Source of the DNA: a virus
DNA: 10,034 nt
Strand: one strand, 5' to 3'
UHGV virus genome: UHGV-0283685
Position numbers and translations under genes: made by a program. The notes beneath the pieces are model-generated. The model had not been told where the DNA came from, did not search any database, and worked only from the letters and a program-made list of their open reading frames with translations. Numbering within the stretch: position 1 is the first letter of the stretch; each line of letters starts with the position of its first letter. Positions 6,268 through 10,034 of this stretch are shown here, piece after piece.

Positions 6268-6495
6268 GTGAAGCGATGGTTCCTCATAATTACTGTTTTC
6301 GCGATCATTTACACTATTTTCCCTGCATTAAAAGCACCAATGCAAATAATTTCACTAGCAATAATTTCGATTAGTGCTTTCATTGCAGTAGCCGTACTTG
6401 TGTTTAAGGTTTTAAAGTTTTTAGTTTGGCTATCAAAAGATGATGGATGCAAAGTTCATCAAGAAAAAGAAGGCAAAATAACCAAAGTTGACTAA
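6268..6495 (+). CDS. Small hydrophobic protein with two predicted TM helices (75 aa), GTG start
   Basis: Strong SD AAGGAGG (6256-6262) 5 nt before GTG 6268. Two hydrophobic segments (WFLIITVFAIIYTIF and MQIISLAIISISAFIAVAVLVFKVLKFLVWL) then a charged tail. AT-rich. Its stop overlaps the gp16-like stop on the other strand by 3 nt. The track's N-terminal extension to 6052 is antisense to the 121-aa gene and was rejected. Confidence 0.5.
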   Translation: MKRWFLIITVFAIIYTIFPALKAPMQIISLAIISISAFIAVAVLVFKVLKFLVWLSKDDGCKVHQEKEGKITKVD

Positions 6496-8615
6496 CTGTC
6501 ACTAGCGAGCCATGTAATAATCCCCGTGCGGGCAATGGTTTTTGCTTCATCTGTTGATAAGGTTTTCTCCCATCTCTTAAATGCCCCAGATTGCATCAGT
6601 TTCCTTTCTATTGCGCGTCTCACTTCTGCTCTGTCTACTGGTGCGTTTTGCAGGCGAAATAGCATTGATTTAAACTCAGGAGAAGATAGCAGAGCATCAG
6701 CAGCCTTTATCCTGCTTGTTTTCCCTGACATCAATGCAGACGTTATCACCCCTGTTGCACCTACACCAGGGAGACCAGATAAGCTTGTAATACCTTCCGC
6801 CGCAGCAGCTTTTGAGGCTATTCCATAAATTTTTGCGAGACTACCCTTTTCTTTCAGAAAGTTATTAACTTGCTGATCCACAAGACTACTAGCATACTGC
6901 TTACCAGTATTGAGTCTATTCATAGCCTTAGCTGCTTGATAAATCGTATCAAGGCGCTTTGATGCATCTGTGCCAATAGCATCACGGAGAGCCTTCATAT
7001 TGGCCCCATTGCGTGACATTCCGTTATACCATTTTACAAATCCATCAACTCCTAATTGCTGACCAGGTGATTTGGCATAGCTGGTAAATGCTTTATTCAT
7101 TGAGGTGAGCGCAACTTCCTGCCGCATATCCTTTGGAATCGACTTCATTAATTGCCTAAAGTCGCCACCGTTTCCTTTTGCCATATTAACAACAGCACTT
7201 TCAACTTTTGGAATTGCTGATTGCTGAAGTTTTCTACCCAAGACGGTTACAGCATCATCTTCAATGGATTTTCGTTTTTTTACCAACTCCTTACCAAGCG
7301 TCCATAATTCCCCTGCGCCATATTTTTCTGCGACAGCCTGTTGGTCATCTGTTATGGCTGCATATAACTTTTTAAGAACACCTGTTTCTTCATCCTTGAA
7401 TGGACCAGAGCCTTTGCCAATAGCTTGTCCAACCTGCTTTCTAGCGAGATCTAAACGCCCATACGTTGGCAAGGTGTTTGGATCAAGTCGGTTCAATGTC
7501 CGCTTCATTATTGGAGATAATTCATCAATTCCACCTATGTCATCAGCAAAATCCTCTAAAAAATTCAATGTATTAGTTGCCTCAATCCGGTCTCTTACAG
7601 GAACCTTTTCGGCAATTTTGTTGTAGATGTTATCTGACTGATTTTGTAATGATGAAATGGTTTTATCAAAATTATCTGCAAGCCTGTCAGAAACCAGTTG
7701 CTTATCAAGGCTTCCCCCAAATGAAGTTATCATTTCATCAGCTTTTCTTCCTAATTCAGTAATAAAACGCTTATGCGCCTCACTAATCTCTGTTCCAGGG
7801 AGACTTGCCACTGCATTATCAAGAGCCCTGACAGCAGGATTATTAGAGATCATGCCTGGAGTGGCATAATTTTCCAGTTCTAGCTCACGAATAGCATTTA
7901 TCGCGTTAAAATCAGGATTAACTTCATCGGCGAAATCTTGAATAGCTCGTTGCCCGCCGATAAATTTATTGTCCATTGCGCCAGCAGCTTTCTTTAACGT
8001 TGCTTTAGATGATTTACTACCCATCCCTACGGATGAGCGATAAATATCTCCGGCACTATTTTTAATTTTTCCTGCAATCTTCCCAAGCGCTGGACCAACA
8101 ATCTCGGCTACAGGGCCAGCCACAGCGCCAATAGCAGCGCCGGAAGCAACATCGCTATTTGTTCCATTGGCTACAATAGCCCCTTCTCCAGCACCAAGCC
8201 CTGCGGCGGCAGCCAGCCTTGCCGCCCCTTTCGGAACCTGAGAAATAATCCCACCACCACTAACAAATGGCGCTGCTTGTCCAACGAACTCACCAACATC
8301 TTGTGCGGTTGATGGTTTTGCCGCTAACTTCTGCTGTAGAGACTGAATTGCGGCTTGCTCTTCTGGTGTCATGTCCTGAAACAGGCCAACACCTTTACCA
8401 ACATCCATCAATCCACTGAGAACGCCATACATAAAACGGTCGAAGCCGTTAGCATTATTAACAACATTTTCCTGTCTGGAATTTTCCTCTAGTGAAACCA
8501 AAGGAGATTGCTGCTGTTCTGGTTGTGCATCAAGCACAAAGCCATCAGGAAGCTGTGAGTTATCAGGCTGATTATCGAGAACAAATCCTTCGGGTAAACC
8601 TACATCGGTTGCCAT
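6492..8615 (-). CDS. DNA-ejection (injection) protein, P22 gp16-like (707 aa)
   Basis: Last of three consecutive late-operon genes just before the immI-like region, in the same order as P22 genes 7-20-16. ATG 8613-8615 with AGGAA 6 nt upstream, overlapping the upstream gene's stop by 16 nt. Gly/Ala-rich segments and an N-terminal tandem repeat. Assignment rests on synteny and size, not a verified alignment. Confidence 0.7.
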   Translation of the reverse strand: MATDVGLPEGFVLDNQPDNSQLPDGFVLDAQPEQQQSPLVSLEENSRQENVVNNANGFDRFMYGVLSGLMDVGKGVGLFQDMTPEEQAAIQSLQQKLAAKPSTAQDVGEFVGQAAPFVSGGGIISQVPKGAARLAAAAGLGAGEGAIVANGTNSDVASGAAIGAVAGPVAEIVGPALGKIAGKIKNSAGDIYRSSVGMGSKSSKATLKKAAGAMDNKFIGGQRAIQDFADEVNPDFNAINAIRELELENYATPGMISNNPAVRALDNAVASLPGTEISEAHKRFITELGRKADEMITSFGGSLDKQLVSDRLADNFDKTISSLQNQSDNIYNKIAEKVPVRDRIEATNTLNFLEDFADDIGGIDELSPIMKRTLNRLDPNTLPTYGRLDLARKQVGQAIGKGSGPFKDEETGVLKKLYAAITDDQQAVAEKYGAGELWTLGKELVKKRKSIEDDAVTVLGRKLQQSAIPKVESAVVNMAKGNGGDFRQLMKSIPKDMRQEVALTSMNKAFTSYAKSPGQQLGVDGFVKWYNGMSRNGANMKALRDAIGTDASKRLDTIYQAAKAMNRLNTGKQYASSLVDQQVNNFLKEKGSLAKIYGIASKAAAAEGITSLSGLPGVGATGVITSALMSGKTSRIKAADALLSSPEFKSMLFRLQNAPVDRAEVRRAIERKLMQSGAFKRWEKTLSTDEAKTIARTGIITWLASDS

Positions 8616-9943
8616 TGTCCGTTCCTATAAATGAGTTTCTGACCAGTTTTAGGGTTCGTTGCCGTCGCGCCTTCTGATATCCCACTTGGCGCAGCTTTTG
8701 TCTGCCCATTACCACCTTGTGGTGTAGGCTGCGCTGGGACATCGTCAAATAGCTTGGCCTTCCTTCTCCCTAAGCTTTTTTTCAGCCCTTGAGGAATAGT
8801 ATCTCCATACGTATCCAGATATTCGTCTACCTGCTGGTTAAACTGCTGCCCCATAGCGTTGGCGTTAATTTTGGCTGCGTTAACAATGTTATCCCTCGCT
8901 TCCTGTGACAAGCCATTCCCTGCATTAAGCTGGTCTACATATCCTTTTATCTGCCCCCATATGCCATCAGAGCGCATGACCTGAACCTGTTCACCTTCGC
9001 GAACAACTGACTGAGGGTCGAGAGACTTCATGTAATTAAAGATAATCCCAAGTTGGGCAGCGCCAGTATTTACCTTGCTAAGGGCTTGCAGAGAGTTTGC
9101 CGCCGCTCTGACAGAGTTATAATTTTTGCCAAAATTGGTAATATCAGAATTTAATCCCTTAATTAAGTCTGCTGACGGCTTACCTTTTTGCCCCAGCTCC
9201 ATTAGCTTCAATCCCATCTCATCTGAGTGCATTTGTGCCCGCTGAGCCCTGTCTAGTTGAGCATTTTGGATATTTGCCCATCCTCTCGCGTTCTCCATGT
9301 CAGCCTGACGGATGCTTTCATCCAATCGCCCTTTCTCAAGTTGGCGACCAACCATCTTATCCTGATAATCCAGCATTTTATCCGGACCAACAGCCCCTAG
9401 CGTCATAGTAGTCAGCATGTGTGATAGCTGCTCTGGATTCTGAATACCTGTCTGAATCATCCAGTCAGCATTAGCACCAACGCGATTTAACCTGTCCTTG
9501 TTGTCAGTAATGAATTTACTGTAGGCTTCCGGCCCCTGAGAAAGAGCGACGTTAGCCCTCATGGCTAAATCGCCCATATCGTTGCGTTGCTGATCATTAA
9601 GACCGGAAAACGCCTGTTGTGCCTGTGCAACAAACGCTGGATTTTCCTGGGCAAACTTAAATAGTCCCGATGGATCACCAGAAGCCCATGCATCAGCGTG
9701 AACCTTATTGAACGCACTAATAGCTTTCTGTTGCTGTTCCTGATTGTAAATATCAGCAACTCCAGCCAGACCACGTAACGCGGTCAGACCAACGTTATTT
9801 GCACCTGAGCGAGCCAGTTCATTGTTTTCGCGGATCAGACCAAGCGTTGCGTTAATGTCGCTTGCCTTTGGCGCATTCTCATTTTGCGCACCAATGCCAG
9901 CCAGAAAACCACCAGAATTAATACCCTGTTGCCACGTAGCCAT
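8600..9943 (-). CDS. DNA-ejection protein, P22 gp20-like (447 aa)
   Basis: Middle gene of the three-gene set (P22 gp20 is about 471 aa). Start set at ATG 9941-9943, 4 nt after the upstream gene's TAA, rather than the track's GTG at 9955, which lies inside the upstream gene. Gln/Asn/Ala-rich. Assignment by synteny and size. Confidence 0.7.
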   Translation of the reverse strand: MATWQQGINSGGFLAGIGAQNENAPKASDINATLGLIRENNELARSGANNVGLTALRGLAGVADIYNQEQQQKAISAFNKVHADAWASGDPSGLFKFAQENPAFVAQAQQAFSGLNDQQRNDMGDLAMRANVALSQGPEAYSKFITDNKDRLNRVGANADWMIQTGIQNPEQLSHMLTTMTLGAVGPDKMLDYQDKMVGRQLEKGRLDESIRQADMENARGWANIQNAQLDRAQRAQMHSDEMGLKLMELGQKGKPSADLIKGLNSDITNFGKNYNSVRAAANSLQALSKVNTGAAQLGIIFNYMKSLDPQSVVREGEQVQVMRSDGIWGQIKGYVDQLNAGNGLSQEARDNIVNAAKINANAMGQQFNQQVDEYLDTYGDTIPQGLKKSLGRRKAKLFDDVPAQPTPQGGNGQTKAAPSGISEGATATNPKTGQKLIYRNGQWQPM

Positions 9944-9947
9944 TGAT

Positions 9948-10034
9948 TTACCCACGTCCAGTTAAAGTGTAAGCCAGCGCCTTATCCATTAATCCCCGAG
10001 CAATTTCGTGGATCGTTGGCGCAACTCCTACCTC
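9948..10034 (-). CDS. C-terminal fragment of the upstream late gene (gp7-like position), 28 codons plus stop
   Basis: Minus-strand frame is open from the window edge to TAA at 9948-9950 (…[28 protein letters not shown]), immediately followed by the gp20-like start. Identity inferred from position only. Confidence 0.4.
   Translation of the reverse strand, partial: EVGVAPTIHEIARGLMDKALAYTLTGRG

Larger units (their letters stand above)
1..10034. mobile_element. Segment of a P22-like temperate phage/prophage (ejection-protein genes, immI-like region, tailspike)
   Basis: Minus-strand order gp7-like / gp20-like / gp16-like, then Arc, Bro-N antirepressor and Mnt-like repressors, then a tailspike whose N-terminal ~110 aa matches the P22 gp9 head-binding domain as I recall it. 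This synteny is characteristic of P22-like phages. Boundaries lie outside the window. Confidence 0.8.

Noticed and set aside
6515-6545. Possible terminator after the small membrane gene
   Set aside because: The GC stem is only 4 bp with a 2-nt loop and lies inside the gp16-like coding sequence; too weak to call.
6526-7869. Plus-strand ORFs 6526-6828, 7264-7626, 7577-7762 and 7657-7869
   Set aside because: All lie antisense within the 707-aa ejection-protein gene.
8492-8677. Plus-strand 61-aa ORF across the gp20-like/gp16-like junction
   Set aside because: Antisense to two overlapping, well-supported late genes.
9565-9774. Minus-strand 69-aa ORF in an alternative frame
   Set aside because: Fully nested in a different frame inside the gp20-like gene.
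1-10034. tRNA genes, CRISPR repeats, integrase or attachment site
   Set aside because: No cloverleaf-like structure, no regularly spaced direct repeats and no integrase-like frame were seen; the window appears to lie wholly inside the phage.

Overview
This window reads as a segment of a P22-like (Lederbergvirus-type) temperate phage or prophage, with the structural genes on the minus strand. From high to low coordinates it carries the tail end of the late operon (a gp7-like C-terminal fragment, a gp20-like and a gp16-like DNA-ejection protein), then a small accessory island (2-TM membrane protein, 121-aa HExxH protein, 59-aa YjzC-like protein), then an expanded immI-like immunity region (Mnt-like repressor divergent from arc and a Bro-N antirepressor, followed by a second antirepressor-like gene, a coupled 73-aa ORF and a second Mnt paralog), then a mosaic 883-aa tailspike and the start of a downstream membrane protein. 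The most interesting signals are two copies of a sar-like antisense-RNA arrangement (one at each antirepressor gene start), a cluster of TTGGT/ACCAA operator palindromes in the divergent promoter region, and the accessory island next to the repressors. No tRNA, rRNA, CRISPR array, integrase or att site was seen. All protein-family calls are from reading the translations and from memory of P22 proteins; no database search was run. The ORF track uses alternative start codons (GTG/TTG) shown as M, so several starts were re-placed by hand using RBS position and homology.
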